NCBI GenBank assembly: GCA_963665275.2
Contig: CAXXIN010000007.1
Span: 480,001-544,000, forward strand
DNA: 64,000 bases
Direction of reading: 5' to 3'
DNA from: Negativicutes bacterium
Lineage (GTDB): Bacteria > Bacillota > Negativicutes > UBA1444
The notes below the pieces were generated by a model, which did no database searches, was not told the origin of the DNA, and saw only the letters and a list, made by a program, of their open reading frames with translations. A program made the position numbers and the translations under genes. Positions 38,707 to 49,790 of the stretch are shown piece after piece. The first letter of the stretch is position 1, and each line of letters starts with the position of its first letter.

Positions 38707-41184
38707 TTATACGAACTTAACAGCCACTACCCCAGCTAATATTTTATCTAACAATACCAGCGCATCTTCAAAATTGTAATGATCGATATGTTTTGTCAGC
38801 AGCTCCAATTCCGTGGTCGTAGCGTTCAATAAATTGTGTAGGCGAATCTCTTCGAACACAGAGACTGCTTCCGTTTCATAATGAAGCAGATGTTCCCGCA
38901 AGCGCAGAATGATCCCTTCCATCGCCACGTGCTCCGGGGAAAGATGCGTCGCACCCGTGATAACATCGGATGAGCCTTGTATATAGGCGTCAATTGCCGC
39001 GACAGCAGCATAAAGATTGTTGGAAACATCTTCGTATCCAGTGGCTATATCTTCGGGAATACCGGCGTGCAAGCTCATTTCCATAGCCGCCGCCGCTGCT
39101 TGCAAACGGACGGCGCCCACGGTGCCGGCAACCCCTTTTATATCATGAACGATTAGTTTGACCTGTTCGATATTATTATCCTTGAGCGCTTGACTCAGAT
39201 TTTCTAGAACTGCCCCGCTATTATGAAAAAATTTCTTCAATAATCGAATATGGAATCGATGGTTTCCTTCCAGTCGATTCAATGTTTGTGCAATATCTAT
39301 GATGGGAAGCTCCGTAGCCTCACTACTTTCTTCCACTTCTCGTTCTCCTGAAGATTCCAAAGGAACGCTTTCCGGGCAAAGCCATTTCGACAATGTGGTC
39401 GCCAAATTCTCCGGACTAATCGGCTTCTTGATAAAATCATTCATTCCGGCAGCAATTACTTGTTCCCGGTCGCTGAAGCTGACACTGGCAGTCAGTGCGA
39501 TCACCGGTAAATTTTGCCAGCAAGGCTTTTTCCGCAAAGCTTTCGTCGCTTGGTAACCATCCATTACCGGCATGTGAACGTCCATCAGCACGGCATCAAA
39601 ATCACCGCGCTCCAATTCCTTCAAAGCAACCTTTCCGTTCACTGCTTTCGTCACGGTAACGCCCAACCCGGTAAGCAATTCTCCCGCCACATCCAAATTA
39701 ATTTCATTATCGTCCACCACTAGGATGTTGCACCCCTGCAAATTGCTCTTTTGGCGCAGGACAGATAGTTCAGGCAATGCTTCACTGCCTAACGAGACAG
39801 GATCACCGCCGACACCAAACTGTGCTGTAAAGGAAAATATGCTGCCCTTCCCGGGAAAGCTCTTGACACCAATATCTCCGCCCATGAGGTCAACCAGTCG
39901 CTTGGAAATGGCCAGACCAAGACCGGTGCCGCCGAATCGGCGGCTAATGGATGAGTCTATCTGTGAAAAAGCTTGAAACAATTTTGCCTGCTCCTGCTCG
40001 CTTAAACCAATTCCGGAGTCCTGAACGGAAAAACGCAGGGTGATTTGCTCCTGCCTATCAGTTATCTTGACCACCCGTATGGAAATCCGTCCTGATTCTG
40101 TAAATTTCACGGCGTTACTTAAGAGATTGGTTAGAACCTGATTAAGCCGCAAAGGGTCACCGATGACCACTTCAGGGATGTCCTCCTCTTTTTCCAGTAA
40201 TAAATCCAACCCTTTTTCCGCAGCTTTTTCTCCCACCATCGCCGTGGCCCGATCGAGTACTTCTGCCAAGCGGAATGAGACTTGTTCCAATTCGATTTTC
40301 CCCGCTTCAATTTTAGAAATATCAAGAAGATCATTAATAATACTCAATAGTATTTGACCGGACATTTGTACCTTGTGCAGATAGTTCCGCTGCTTGGTCG
40401 AAAGTGGCGTCTGTTGAATCAGATAAGTCATCCCCAATATCGCGTTCATCGGCGTTCGTATCTCATGACTGATATTCGCCAAAAAGCTACTTTTGACTTG
40501 ATTGGCTTCCTCTGCCTCCACCTTGAGGCGGCCCAAATTTTCATTGAGCTTGAGGACATCTTCGTTGGTCGCGGCCAGTTCCTCGTTCATTGCGGTCAGA
40601 TGATGATTGGCGGCAGACAGTTCCCTAGTCCGGCTTGCGACTTTACCTTCCAGTTCATCATTTTTTTCTTCCAACTTTTTCTTCGCCAGCCCAATCTCAC
40701 CAAAAAGCCGGGACAAGCGCGAAAAAAAGTTCATGGTCATCCGCACCTGCTCCTCAGTAAAGATAGGCACTCTTGCCAAGGCATCCAAATATGCGGTTTT
40801 ATCAAAGCCAAATTCTTCGGCTTGTCGGATGAAATACTCCCGATCCGGTTGCGCAAAGAAAAACTGGCCGGTAAAAAAATTGGCGACGTGTTTCCCGCCG
40901 ATCAATATCGGCACGGCAGCGTCAGTTAGACCGTTTTTACAAACATAAACATTGACTTTTTCGCCTTCTCGCAACTGATTCGAGAGTATCGTGTCGCTTT
41001 CCTTGCAACGAAGAGCTGTTACGGAATGCACTCGGTGAAATTGGGTGCAGATGTCCTGCCAACCGGTAGCGATCAGAATATTTCCCGATAAATCAAGTAT
41101 GGCCATTACCGCTCCCGTGTTTGCATGGTAACTATCGCACAGTTTTTGCAGTTCAGCAATATCCACCAATTCGGCAAAAGCCAC
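38707..41184 (-). CDS. Cytoplasmic hybrid histidine kinase: PocR sensor-HisKA-HATPase-REC-Hpt
   Basis: PocR (GWQDICTQFHR, CKNGLTDAAVP), SHEIRTPMN, NLLSNAVKF, DSGIG, GGTGLGL, LMDVHMP, VHDIKGVAG. Confidence 0.92.
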   Translation of the reverse strand: MAFAELVDIAELQKLCDSYHANTGAVMAILDLSGNILIATGWQDICTQFHRVHSVTALRCKESDTILSNQLREGEKVNVYVCKNGLTDAAVPILIGGKHVANFFTGQFFFAQPDREYFIRQAEEFGFDKTAYLDALARVPIFTEEQVRMTMNFFSRLSRLFGEIGLAKKKLEEKNDELEGKVASRTRELSAANHHLTAMNEELAATNEDVLKLNENLGRLKVEAEEANQVKSSFLANISHEIRTPMNAILGMTYLIQQTPLSTKQRNYLHKVQMSGQILLSIINDLLDISKIEAGKIELEQVSFRLAEVLDRATAMVGEKAAEKGLDLLLEKEEDIPEVVIGDPLRLNQVLTNLLSNAVKFTESGRISIRVVKITDRQEQITLRFSVQDSGIGLSEQEQAKLFQAFSQIDSSISRRFGGTGLGLAISKRLVDLMGGDIGVKSFPGKGSIFSFTAQFGVGGDPVSLGSEALPELSVLRQKSNLQGCNILVVDDNEINLDVAGELLTGLGVTVTKAVNGKVALKELERGDFDAVLMDVHMPVMDGYQATKALRKKPCWQNLPVIALTASVSFSDREQVIAAGMNDFIKKPISPENLATTLSKWLCPESVPLESSGEREVEESSEATELPIIDIAQTLNRLEGNHRFHIRLLKKFFHNSGAVLENLSQALKDNNIEQVKLIVHDIKGVAGTVGAVRLQAAAAAMEMSLHAGIPEDIATGYEDVSNNLYAAVAAIDAYIQGSSDVITGATHLSPEHVAMEGIILRLREHLLHYETEAVSVFEEIRLHNLLNATTTELELLTKHIDHYNFEDALVLLDKILAGVVAVKFV

Positions 41185-41290
41185 CCATCACGCCCCCCTT
41201 ATCCTTTATTGCCCGACTGGGAGTTGTACTCGCTGATTCACCGTTAACCCACAGTCTCTAATGCATATCGCACATGGTTAATTTGGTTGA

Positions 41291-42331
41291 TTAATCCGAA
41301 TAAGCCCGATTGATTTGCAGGAGCTCCGGCAGACAGGTTAGGAATGCATCGACCAAAACCGGATCAAAATGTCTCCCGCCCATTGTTTTGATTTCAGCAA
41401 CTGCATCATCCACAGTCCAAGCCTGTTTGTAAGGACGTTCATGAATCAGCGCGTCAAACACATCGGCGATGGCGACGATACGTCCAACGACAGGAATATT
41501 CGCACTGTTCAGACCATCTGGGTATCCGGTTCCATCCCAACGTTCGTGATGGGTGAGAGCTACCTGGCGGGCCATCTTTAATAACGCCGCAGGATGCTCA
41601 CCGATGATCTTCGCGCCAATCGTCGGGTGTTGCTTCATCATTGCCCATTCATCGACATCAAGCTTACCGGGTTTTAGCAAGACGCAGTCAGGAATGCCAA
41701 TCTTGCCAACATCATGCATTGGCGCCGCCAGCAGTAACAGGTCCGCTTGTTCATCTCCCAAGCCAGCAGTAACGGCCAGCAGTTGCGAATACTGACCTAT
41801 CCGGTGAATGTGGTTGCCAGTATCTTCATCGCGGTATTCCGCCGCCACTCCCAGTCGGTGAATGATCTGGGTGCGGTTCTCCTCAATTTCCGCCGTACGC
41901 TGCTTAACTAATTTTTCCAGTTCCCGGTTTTGATCATAGAGACTAAGATGGTTCTTGATCCGCGCTTTAACGATGGAAGAACGAATCGGCTTGCTGATAA
42001 AATCCACCGCTCCCAAGTCAAGCCCATGAGTTTCGTCTTCCATCTCACCCATGGCCGTTACAAAAATCACGGGGATTTTTTGTGTGAGAGCGTTATTTTT
42101 CAGTTGTGCACAAACCTGGTATCCATCCATTTCCGGCATCATAATATCAAGCAGGATCATGTCCGGAGGTTCCGTCGACGAAGCAATCTTCAGCGCCAGT
42201 CTCCCATTCGTCGCCGCTTTCACCAGGTAAAACGGCCGTAGGATTTCCGCCAGCACACTGATATTGCTTGGGTTATCGTCCACAATCAGAATCGTCGCCT
42301 TGTCGCGGTTAAACTCATTTCGGTTTTCCAT
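41291..42331 (-). CDS. REC + HD-GYP response regulator (RpfG-like c-di-GMP phosphodiesterase)
   Basis: LLDIMMP; HDVGK, HHERWDGTGYP, ADVFDAL, RPYK. Confidence 0.93.
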   Translation of the reverse strand: MENRNEFNRDKATILIVDDNPSNISVLAEILRPFYLVKAATNGRLALKIASSTEPPDMILLDIMMPEMDGYQVCAQLKNNALTQKIPVIFVTAMGEMEDETHGLDLGAVDFISKPIRSSIVKARIKNHLSLYDQNRELEKLVKQRTAEIEENRTQIIHRLGVAAEYRDEDTGNHIHRIGQYSQLLAVTAGLGDEQADLLLLAAPMHDVGKIGIPDCVLLKPGKLDVDEWAMMKQHPTIGAKIIGEHPAALLKMARQVALTHHERWDGTGYPDGLNSANIPVVGRIVAIADVFDALIHERPYKQAWTVDDAVAEIKTMGGRHFDPVLVDAFLTCLPELLQINRAYSD

Positions 42332-42653
42332 TCTCTTGACCTCCCGCTAATATTTCTCCCACTGGCAGCGAGATTCTTCACCAGAATAGCTCGATCAGAA
42401 ATTATCAGAAAAGCGAGATTCTTATTTGTATATTATTCCATCAGATAGAACACTATTTTCTCCATTCTCCTCATAATTATTATTTTCCGGATTGAGCCAT
42501 ACTTCGCCTAGCAACGTCCAGTTCCGAATGTCCCTTGACCACCTTGAAGGATTCCTGAGCTTAGTTCTTCGTATACTCAAACTCTTTGGAAAAATACCTG
42601 ATCCTGATGTCGAAACGTTTGTTTAATATGGGAGAAAAAATGCAGGATACTAG

Positions 42654-43540
42654 GGAGCCGCTGAACAATTGCTGATATTTGCCTCGCGTTCCCAATAATT
42701 CATCTTTTTTGTGAAGTTTTATAAGTTTCGTGCCCACATTTCCTGTTTCGTCCACCCTGCGACCCCAGTTGGGGCTTTGGGGGCAAACTAACCCCTTGCT
42801 GTTCTCAAATCGGCGCTGGCATTACTTTTTTCTCATCACCAACAGGTTGGACGAGGCAAACAACGTGTATAACCGTGATTCATTCTTCGCCAATCCCCTG
42901 TAACGCACTTTGCCGTATCCAAAAACATTCTTGATGGTTTGAAACGGGTGCTCCACGATGGCGCGAACTGAGGCTTTGGCATATTCCTCCGTCCACAGCA
43001 GTTCTTTCTCCAGTCCTTCGGCCATTTTCTTGAAGATCCCGCGCCGCTTGGCTACCAGCCAATGGATGTCTCGGTTCAGTTCTCGTCGATCCCGATATAC
43101 CCTGCGTCCGCCAAGACGAGGTCTTCCTTGCCGTGTAATAACTCGGCGGTTTTGGCAATATCGGCCACATGAGCCGGTGCCGTCACCAGGGTATGGACCA
43201 AACCGCTCGCCGCATCGACGTCGATATGCGCTTTCATGCCGAAGTGCCTATTCGTTGCCTTTCTTCGTCTGGTGCATTTGTGGATCTCGCTCATGGCGCT
43301 CATTCTTTGTTGATCACGATGCTTCAATGGATGGTGTCATCGGGCACAGATTCGTGAGACAAGTCTATCCGACTGAATTTTCGCAGGGACTGGGAGTCAT
43401 AGACTGCGTCTTCCATGCCTTCATCAGACAGGTTGTACCACGCTTGCAGCAAATACAGTCGTAACATCTTTTCACAGCCGATCGGCGGGCGACCACGTTC
43501 TCCTTTGGGATAGATGTTTTTAGATTAAATCAGTGTTTCC
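42654..43540 (-). mobile_element. Degenerate IS5-family element with broken transposase; imperfect end repeats, CTAG on both sides
   Basis: FGMKAHIDVDAASGLVH, LADAGY, VRAIVEHPF..KVRYRGLAKN; ends ggagccgctga / tcagtgtttcc flanked by ctag (42650-53, 43541-44). Confidence 0.85.
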
Positions 43541-43668
43541 CTAGGCAGAAAATCGAGGCTTGGGGGTTAGAGTATAATGATTGGCGACCGTACAGCTCTT
43601 TAGGCAACCAAACACCCAGTAGTTTCAGTGCCAAAGTCATGTCCGAGGCAATGTTAGAAAACGGTTTT

Positions 43669-45933
43669 CTAACATTTTTCCGGCCCAGTTTTAGGGGAAC
43701 ACTCATTCAGGTTTTTCAATCCTAAAAACAGCTCCACAAGATGAGGGTCAAACTGAGTCCCGGCGCCGCGACGCAATTCGGCGAAAACCGAAGTAATATC
43801 CATGGCCTTACGGTACGGGTGATCGCTGGTCATGTCGTCGAAAGCATCGACAATGACTAGCATCCGGCAGGATAGGGGAATATCTTCACCGGCAAGGCCG
43901 AGTGGATAGCCGTTGCCGTCCCACCATTCATGGTGCCTCATGATCAAATCAGCGATCGGCAACAAATCTGGGGCAGACCTGGCTATGCGATAACCTATTT
44001 CACAATGTTGGCGCATTACACGGCACTCATCTTCAGTAAGATTTTCATGCTTAAACAGAATATTATCTGGTATCCCCACTTTGCCAATGTCATGAAACCT
44101 TGCTAGCAGACGATATTCTGCTCTATTGTGTGTCGGCAACTCCATTGCGGAGGCCAGTGCCTCCATCAGTGATTGCAATCTGGTGCAGTGACCTTCGGTA
44201 AAATTGTCCCTGGCATCCAAAGCCTTCATCATCGTTTGCACAATAGCGCTGCGAGCACTCTTACGCTGGTGAAGCTTTTCCCGATACATGTTATTGTCTG
44301 CTTCTTCATACAAGGCGTTTATATCTACGGGAATATCTTTGTTCACCGCATAGCCCATAGAAAGGCTGATAGGGACAATGGGGTTATTAAGATTGTATAT
44401 GTCGACATTTTTTTGAATTTTCTGGTACTCATGTTCAAAAAATTCAAGTGAAATATTCTTTATCAACACAGCAAACTCGTCCCCACCAATACGCGCAACA
44501 ACATCGTTTTCCCGGAAAGAACTTTTGAGAATAGTAGCTACTGCCTGAATAACGACATCTCCCGTATTGTGACCTAAAGAATCGTTGATAATTTTCAGTC
44601 CATCGACATCGCAAATCATTAGACCGGCTGACCCTTTACGCATACTGGCGACCTGTTTCATGGATTCCTCGAAAAAAGCCCGGTTATACAGTCCTGTCAA
44701 TGCGTCATGCATACTGAGCTGGATGAGCTGGCTTTGCGTATGCTGCAACTCCTGTAAAGTTGTCTGCAATTCATCATTTCTTTCGAGACCTTTCTTTTCC
44801 AGTTCTTTCTGAACAAGAATGTCCTTGCGAGCGTCAATAAAACTATTAAACAGCGCCCCGAGTTGTCCAATCTCGTCCTTGCTCCGTATCTCCAGCTTCT
44901 TCTCGTCGCAAATTACGCCGTGTTGCATCGCGGCAAAAGTATCGGAAATTTGTTTGATCGGATAGACTATTCTGTTATAAACAAAGACGGCAAATGCTCC
45001 GGCAATGATCAGGCAAAAGACCAACCAAACAATCAAGGCCATCATCACATAACTGATTTTCTGATAAATCACCCGCAGCGGCGTTAAGTTGGCAATAGTC
45101 CAGCCAGTGTCAGGCAATTTTTCATAGTTGACTGAATGCTCTTCCTCATTTATGGTCTGGATAAAGTTTCCCTGCTGTTCGGTAATACTATCGGAAAACC
45201 TGGTTGATATCCGTTTTCCGATATATGCGCTATCAGGATGATAAATAATATTGTTGTTCTGATCAACGATAAGATAGTATCCAGACTCCCGCAAGTTTTT
45301 AAAATAAACGCCCAAGTCGTAAAGATCATAACTGACGATCATAACCCATCGAGTCCTAGCGGACCCATCCTGTTCACCTGGATAAAGACATTTCACCGCA
45401 TTTATCACGTATTGATGTTTGGAATTAAGGTTAATATTTCTTTCAACGCCACTCCAGTAAACATCGGACATAGAGCGGGACGCTGCTCTGAGTTTTTCAT
45501 TGAGCGCTATATTGATTTTACTGGCGTCGAGGGTTTCTCCCACGTGATAATGTATATTATCATTGGAGATTATGTCGATCGACACCAGACCGATCAGGTT
45601 GATATAACCGCTGAGAATATATCCGATCTTGGCCTGAGTGACTAGCCTGTTATATGTTGAATCAGCGCTCTTTTCATGAAACAGGGCATCCTTGATGTCT
45701 TCATTTCCCGACAAACTGGCAATAAGATTGTCTACATCCCCCATCGTATGTTGGAGAAACAATCGTTTTTCCCGGACAATATCAGCATGATAAGTATCGG
45801 CATCACCCCTTAGCACGTGATATTCCATGGTCACGAAAAAAATGCCAAAGGACAACAACGGAACCATCCCGATAATCAGCGCATACAGGAGAAATTTGCC
45901 TGTTATTCCGTGGGCCAAATACCTACGCAACAT
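43669..45933 (-). CDS. Membrane dCache-HAMP-GGDEF-HD-GYP hybrid c-di-GMP enzyme
   Basis: Two TMs, DEIGQL HAMP, DALTG..RIGGDEF, HDIGK, HHEWWDGNGYP. Confidence 0.9.
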   Translation of the reverse strand: MLRRYLAHGITGKFLLYALIIGMVPLLSFGIFFVTMEYHVLRGDADTYHADIVREKRLFLQHTMGDVDNLIASLSGNEDIKDALFHEKSADSTYNRLVTQAKIGYILSGYINLIGLVSIDIISNDNIHYHVGETLDASKINIALNEKLRAASRSMSDVYWSGVERNINLNSKHQYVINAVKCLYPGEQDGSARTRWVMIVSYDLYDLGVYFKNLRESGYYLIVDQNNNIIYHPDSAYIGKRISTRFSDSITEQQGNFIQTINEEEHSVNYEKLPDTGWTIANLTPLRVIYQKISYVMMALIVWLVFCLIIAGAFAVFVYNRIVYPIKQISDTFAAMQHGVICDEKKLEIRSKDEIGQLGALFNSFIDARKDILVQKELEKKGLERNDELQTTLQELQHTQSQLIQLSMHDALTGLYNRAFFEESMKQVASMRKGSAGLMICDVDGLKIINDSLGHNTGDVVIQAVATILKSSFRENDVVARIGGDEFAVLIKNISLEFFEHEYQKIQKNVDIYNLNNPIVPISLSMGYAVNKDIPVDINALYEEADNNMYREKLHQRKSARSAIVQTMMKALDARDNFTEGHCTRLQSLMEALASAMELPTHNRAEYRLLARFHDIGKVGIPDNILFKHENLTEDECRVMRQHCEIGYRIARSAPDLLPIADLIMRHHEWWDGNGYPLGLAGEDIPLSCRMLVIVDAFDDMTSDHPYRKAMDITSVFAELRRGAGTQFDPHLVELFLGLKNLNECSPKTGPEKC

Positions 45934-45956
45934 AGTTCATCTCTCCTCGTCCGGCA

Positions 45957-46937
45957 TTAAATATCCTTTTTTGTCACCACTTTTACCGGAATATAGGTTT
46001 CCGCATCGACTTTGCCCCCATTTATTAGTTTCACGGCATATTGTACCCCGGTATATCCTTGTAAATCCGCCCGCTGGTCCACAGTGGCAGCTATCGTTCC
46101 TTCCTCAATGGCTGTCCTAACCTCGGCAAGATTGTCGAATCCAGCGACCAGAACATTGTGCCGGCTACTATCTTTTAAATATTGCACCAGCCCCAACGCC
46201 ATCATGTCATTGGCGCAAAATACAACCTTAATGTCCGGATGCTTTTTAAACATGATGGAAGCCACAGTATAGGCTTCGTCAATTTTCCAGTTGGCCGATC
46301 CGCTGTCCACCAACGTGATATTGGGATTTTCGGCAAATGCCTTAACCGCACCTCGCCTGCGTTGCTCGGCATTATCCGCCGCCCTGATGCCTTCGATAAT
46401 GGCCGCTTGTTCAGGCGTTGTTATCATATTGGCAATGTATTTCGCCGACAAGTAGGATCCTTCATCATTATGAACACTGATAAAGGGAACACCTTTCAAT
46501 CCCCGCTTTTTGCAAAGCTCAGGGTCGAGTCGATTGTCAATGTTCACGATGACAATATTTGCATCCTGTGCCTTTTTCAGCACATCCACCAGCTCAGTGG
46601 AACTGCCGGGAGCAATAACGATAGCACTCACCTTCATATTGATGAGCCCTTTAACAATTTCAATCTGCTGCTCGATAGAAGTTTCCTTGGCCCCGGTCTT
46701 GACAATAAGGTCAATGCCCAGCTCTTTCTCGGCTTTACGGGCGCCTTTCTCCATCTCGATAAAAAAAGGATTGGTTAACGTCTTCATGACCAGGGCAATT
46801 TTGGGTTTCTGCGATTGTCCGGTGGGCTGTTGGTCAACGGCAACACCTTTCTGGGTAAGATCATCCGTAGTCTTGATGCCACCGCAGCCTAATAAAAACA
46901 GGCTGATTAAAAAAATCATACTTACTAATTTCTTCAT
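45957..46937 (-). CDS. Sugar-binding lipoprotein (RbsB/periplasmic binding protein type 1) with no adjacent permease
   Basis: Lipobox LLGC, KTLTNPFF, ANW, CANDMMALG, AGFD, ATVDQ. Confidence 0.9.
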   Translation of the reverse strand: MKKLVSMIFLISLFLLGCGGIKTTDDLTQKGVAVDQQPTGQSQKPKIALVMKTLTNPFFIEMEKGARKAEKELGIDLIVKTGAKETSIEQQIEIVKGLINMKVSAIVIAPGSSTELVDVLKKAQDANIVIVNIDNRLDPELCKKRGLKGVPFISVHNDEGSYLSAKYIANMITTPEQAAIIEGIRAADNAEQRRRGAVKAFAENPNITLVDSGSANWKIDEAYTVASIMFKKHPDIKVVFCANDMMALGLVQYLKDSSRHNVLVAGFDNLAEVRTAIEEGTIAATVDQRADLQGYTGVQYAVKLINGGKVDAETYIPVKVVTKKDI

Positions 46938-47054
46938 GTCCCCATCTCTCCTCAACAATAAAATTATGCCTCAGTGACCGTTGTTTAATCCCCTGTGCTG
47001 TGCACCTGCTTTGCAATAAACCGAATTTTCCGAACCACAAAGAGGACCTTAGCC

Positions 47055-47500
47055 CTAGGGAAAGACCGGGAAGGCTTGGATGAATCACCCACCTTCGTTC
47101 AGTGAACTGGAATACAACGGAAAGAAACGTCAGACGCGCCGGGATCAGTTTTTGAACCAATGGAGCAGCAGGTTCCTTGGAAAGAATGGCTCGCTTTGAT
47201 CGAACCAACCTATCCTAAAGCTGAACGAGGCCGTCCTCCCATCGGCTGTGATAAAATGCTGCGTCTGTACCTGCTTCAAGCTTGGTACAATTTATCGGAT
47301 GAGGGCATGGAAGATGCCATCTATGACTCTTAGACCCTGTGCAAGTTCAGTCAGATCGACCTGACGTGCGAATCCGTACCGGATGACACCATCCATTGAA
47401 GCATCGTGATCAACAAAGAATGAGCGCCATGAGCGAGATCCACAAATGCACCAGAGCAAGAAAGGCAACGAATGTCATTTTGGCATGAAAGCGCATACAT
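47055..47500 (+). mobile_element. Second degenerate IS5-family fragment (transposase N-terminal part)
   Basis: SFSELEY..KKRQTRRDQFL, PW..WLALIEP.YPKAERGRPP, MLRLYLLQAWYNLSDEGMED, FGMKAH; stops and frameshifts. Confidence 0.85.
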
Positions 47501-47611
47501 TATCTCTTGCAAGTGTTAGTTATCTAAGCCCGCGCGTCTATTTCGGGACTGCGAAAGTTGAGTTATTAAAAAACCTCACCCTGTGGAGGGCGAGGGATGA
47601 TTCTGATTGCT

Positions 47612-49585
47612 TTACACTCTGAACTTGGCAACTGCGGTCTGCAACTCCTGTGCCAGCGTCGCCAGGGCCCGACTGGAAGTCGCGATCTCTTCTATCGACG
47701 CCAATTGTTCTTCCGTCGCCGCCGATACGCTCTGCGATTCCCCTGCTGATTTCTTACTTAAGCCGTCGATCTTATGTACCGACTCCACAATCTTCTCGCT
47801 GCCGGTCGCCATCTCGTGGATCGCCTCCGTAATCTGTTTCACCTGTTCGGAAACCTCCGTCACCAGATCGGCAATCTCACGGAAAGAAGCACCGGCGGCA
47901 TTGACAACGTCAGCGCCGATCTTCACTTCCCGTGTCCCTTGGTTCATCGCGTCAACCGCTTTCCCCGTGTCTACTTGGATCTCACCGATCAAGGAGGCAA
48001 TTTTCTTCGCCGCTTCTTCGGATTGTTCGGCAAGCTTCCTTACTTCTTCGGCCACTACGGCGAAGCCGCGCCCTTGTTCTCCCGCCCGCGCCGCTTCGAT
48101 CGCCGCATTCAGCGCCAGGAGATTCGTCTGGCCGGCAATCCCGGAAATGGTGTCAACAATCTGGCCGATTTCTTTCGACCGCTCGCCCAGTTTTGTCACC
48201 ACTGTCGCCGAAGTATTGACGGTTTCTTCAATCTGACTCATCTGAACAACCGCTTTGTCTACCGCTGCGCCGCCTTTTACGGCTTTGTCCGCCGCCGCTT
48301 CCGTCTGGCTGGCAACCGAGGATGCGTTGGCGGCAATCTGCTCAATCCCCGCCGACATTTCGGTGACAACTGCGGACGCGTCGTCAGCCGCAGTCATTTG
48401 TTCAGCCGCACCGCTGGCTACTTCCTGAATCGAGATTGCCACTTGGTTCGTCGCCTGCGACGACTGATCGGCACTCGCCGTAAGTTCTTCGGAAGAAGCC
48501 GCCAAGTGTTCGGCGTTGGCACTGATCTGATTAATCAAGGAACGTACATTCTGCGTCATTTGCTCAAAACTCTTGGCCAACCGACCTATTTCGTCGTTTG
48601 ACTTGATTTCCAGGCTTGTCAAAGAAAGATCTCCGTCGGCAATTTTATTCGCCGCCAGTTCTAGGGTTTGAATCGGCTTGGCAATACCCTTGGCAAACAG
48701 TGCAATAATGATTGCGGCAACTAGTAATACGACAACAATTGTGACCAGGGAAATCCATTTTAGCGCAGAGATGCTTTCCGTTATTTCTTCCGTGGGAACA
48801 TTGATCCCCAAAAACCATTTCATGCCAGGAACTGGTGCATAGGCCACTAATTTCTCCACATTTTCGAATGAATAAGAAGAAACACCTTTATCCCCTTTGA
48901 TGATTTGTGCATTCACTGCCCGCAGCACTTCCGGCAATTTGGTATCCTTCACCGCATTGACTTTCATCATAATGTCTTTATTGGGGTGGATGATGGATAA
49001 ACCATCTGCCTGAAGAACATATGCATAACCGGTTTTTCCCGCTTTGATTGCTAAAATCTTTTCGGCCAGTTTGTCCATGTTAACAGTGGCAAAAAGCACC
49101 CCAGTTACACGATTATTTTCTTTAACCGGTGCAGCGACTACCACAACTATTTTCCCAGTAGCACGAGAAGTCACCGGATCAGAAACTACCATTTCACCTT
49201 TCAATGCCTGTTGGATGTAGGCACGGTCTTTAAGACTACCGGTTATTCCGGCATCGTCAATAAATGTACCGTCAGGAAAGGCATAACCATAGGTTTCATA
49301 TCGTCCATGTTCCCGCTTCAGATAAGCTAAGAAAGGCACAATTTCTTCGGTTTTGATGCCGCGTAATGTCGGCGAAATCGCGATCCCCGCGATTTCCAGT
49401 TTGGAAGCTTGTATCCACTCACCAATTCCTACAGTAGAATCAGCCACCATGTTGTTCACATTCTGCATGATTTCTTCAGACACGATGACCCGCGCCTTCC
49501 AGTAATTGAGCCCCCCCAAGATTCCCATGGCCACTACAAAAATCAACAGGATAACCACCGTGAGCTTTGTTTGGATGCTTTTCAA
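47612..49585 (-). CDS. Methyl-accepting chemotaxis protein with dCache and HAMP
   Basis: Two TMs, [38 protein letters not shown]; TTG start at 49585 after RBS aggggg. Confidence 0.95.
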   Translation of the reverse strand: MKSIQTKLTVVILLIFVVAMGILGGLNYWKARVIVSEEIMQNVNNMVADSTVGIGEWIQASKLEIAGIAISPTLRGIKTEEIVPFLAYLKREHGRYETYGYAFPDGTFIDDAGITGSLKDRAYIQQALKGEMVVSDPVTSRATGKIVVVVAAPVKENNRVTGVLFATVNMDKLAEKILAIKAGKTGYAYVLQADGLSIIHPNKDIMMKVNAVKDTKLPEVLRAVNAQIIKGDKGVSSYSFENVEKLVAYAPVPGMKWFLGINVPTEEITESISALKWISLVTIVVVLLVAAIIIALFAKGIAKPIQTLELAANKIADGDLSLTSLEIKSNDEIGRLAKSFEQMTQNVRSLINQISANAEHLAASSEELTASADQSSQATNQVAISIQEVASGAAEQMTAADDASAVVTEMSAGIEQIAANASSVASQTEAAADKAVKGGAAVDKAVVQMSQIEETVNTSATVVTKLGERSKEIGQIVDTISGIAGQTNLLALNAAIEAARAGEQGRGFAVVAEEVRKLAEQSEEAAKKIASLIGEIQVDTGKAVDAMNQGTREVKIGADVVNAAGASFREIADLVTEVSEQVKQITEAIHEMATGSEKIVESVHKIDGLSKKSAGESQSVSAATEEQLASIEEIATSSRALATLAQELQTAVAKFRV

Positions 49586-49790
49586 TATAACGCCCCCTAT
49601 TTTTTCCCTTAGACGGACTTGCGGATTTTTACCCGTATTTCCCTGATAAGGTTTGCCCATTGATCACGATTCATTCGTTGGCTTTATCTGCTTTTCTTGC
49701 AATTCTTCCTGGCGTTAAATGGATCAACAGGGAGGCTATCTCCCTTGTTTTTAGTTCGGTTATATTTGATGCACGCCAACCCGGAAGAGC

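Noticed and set aside
42490-42650. Short minus-strand coding-like remnant next to IS5
   Set aside because: Too short and interrupted to assign to any family
43545-43665. TATAAT-containing segment beside the IS5 end as an sRNA or antisense promoter
   Set aside because: No convincing -35, terminator or recognisable RNA motif
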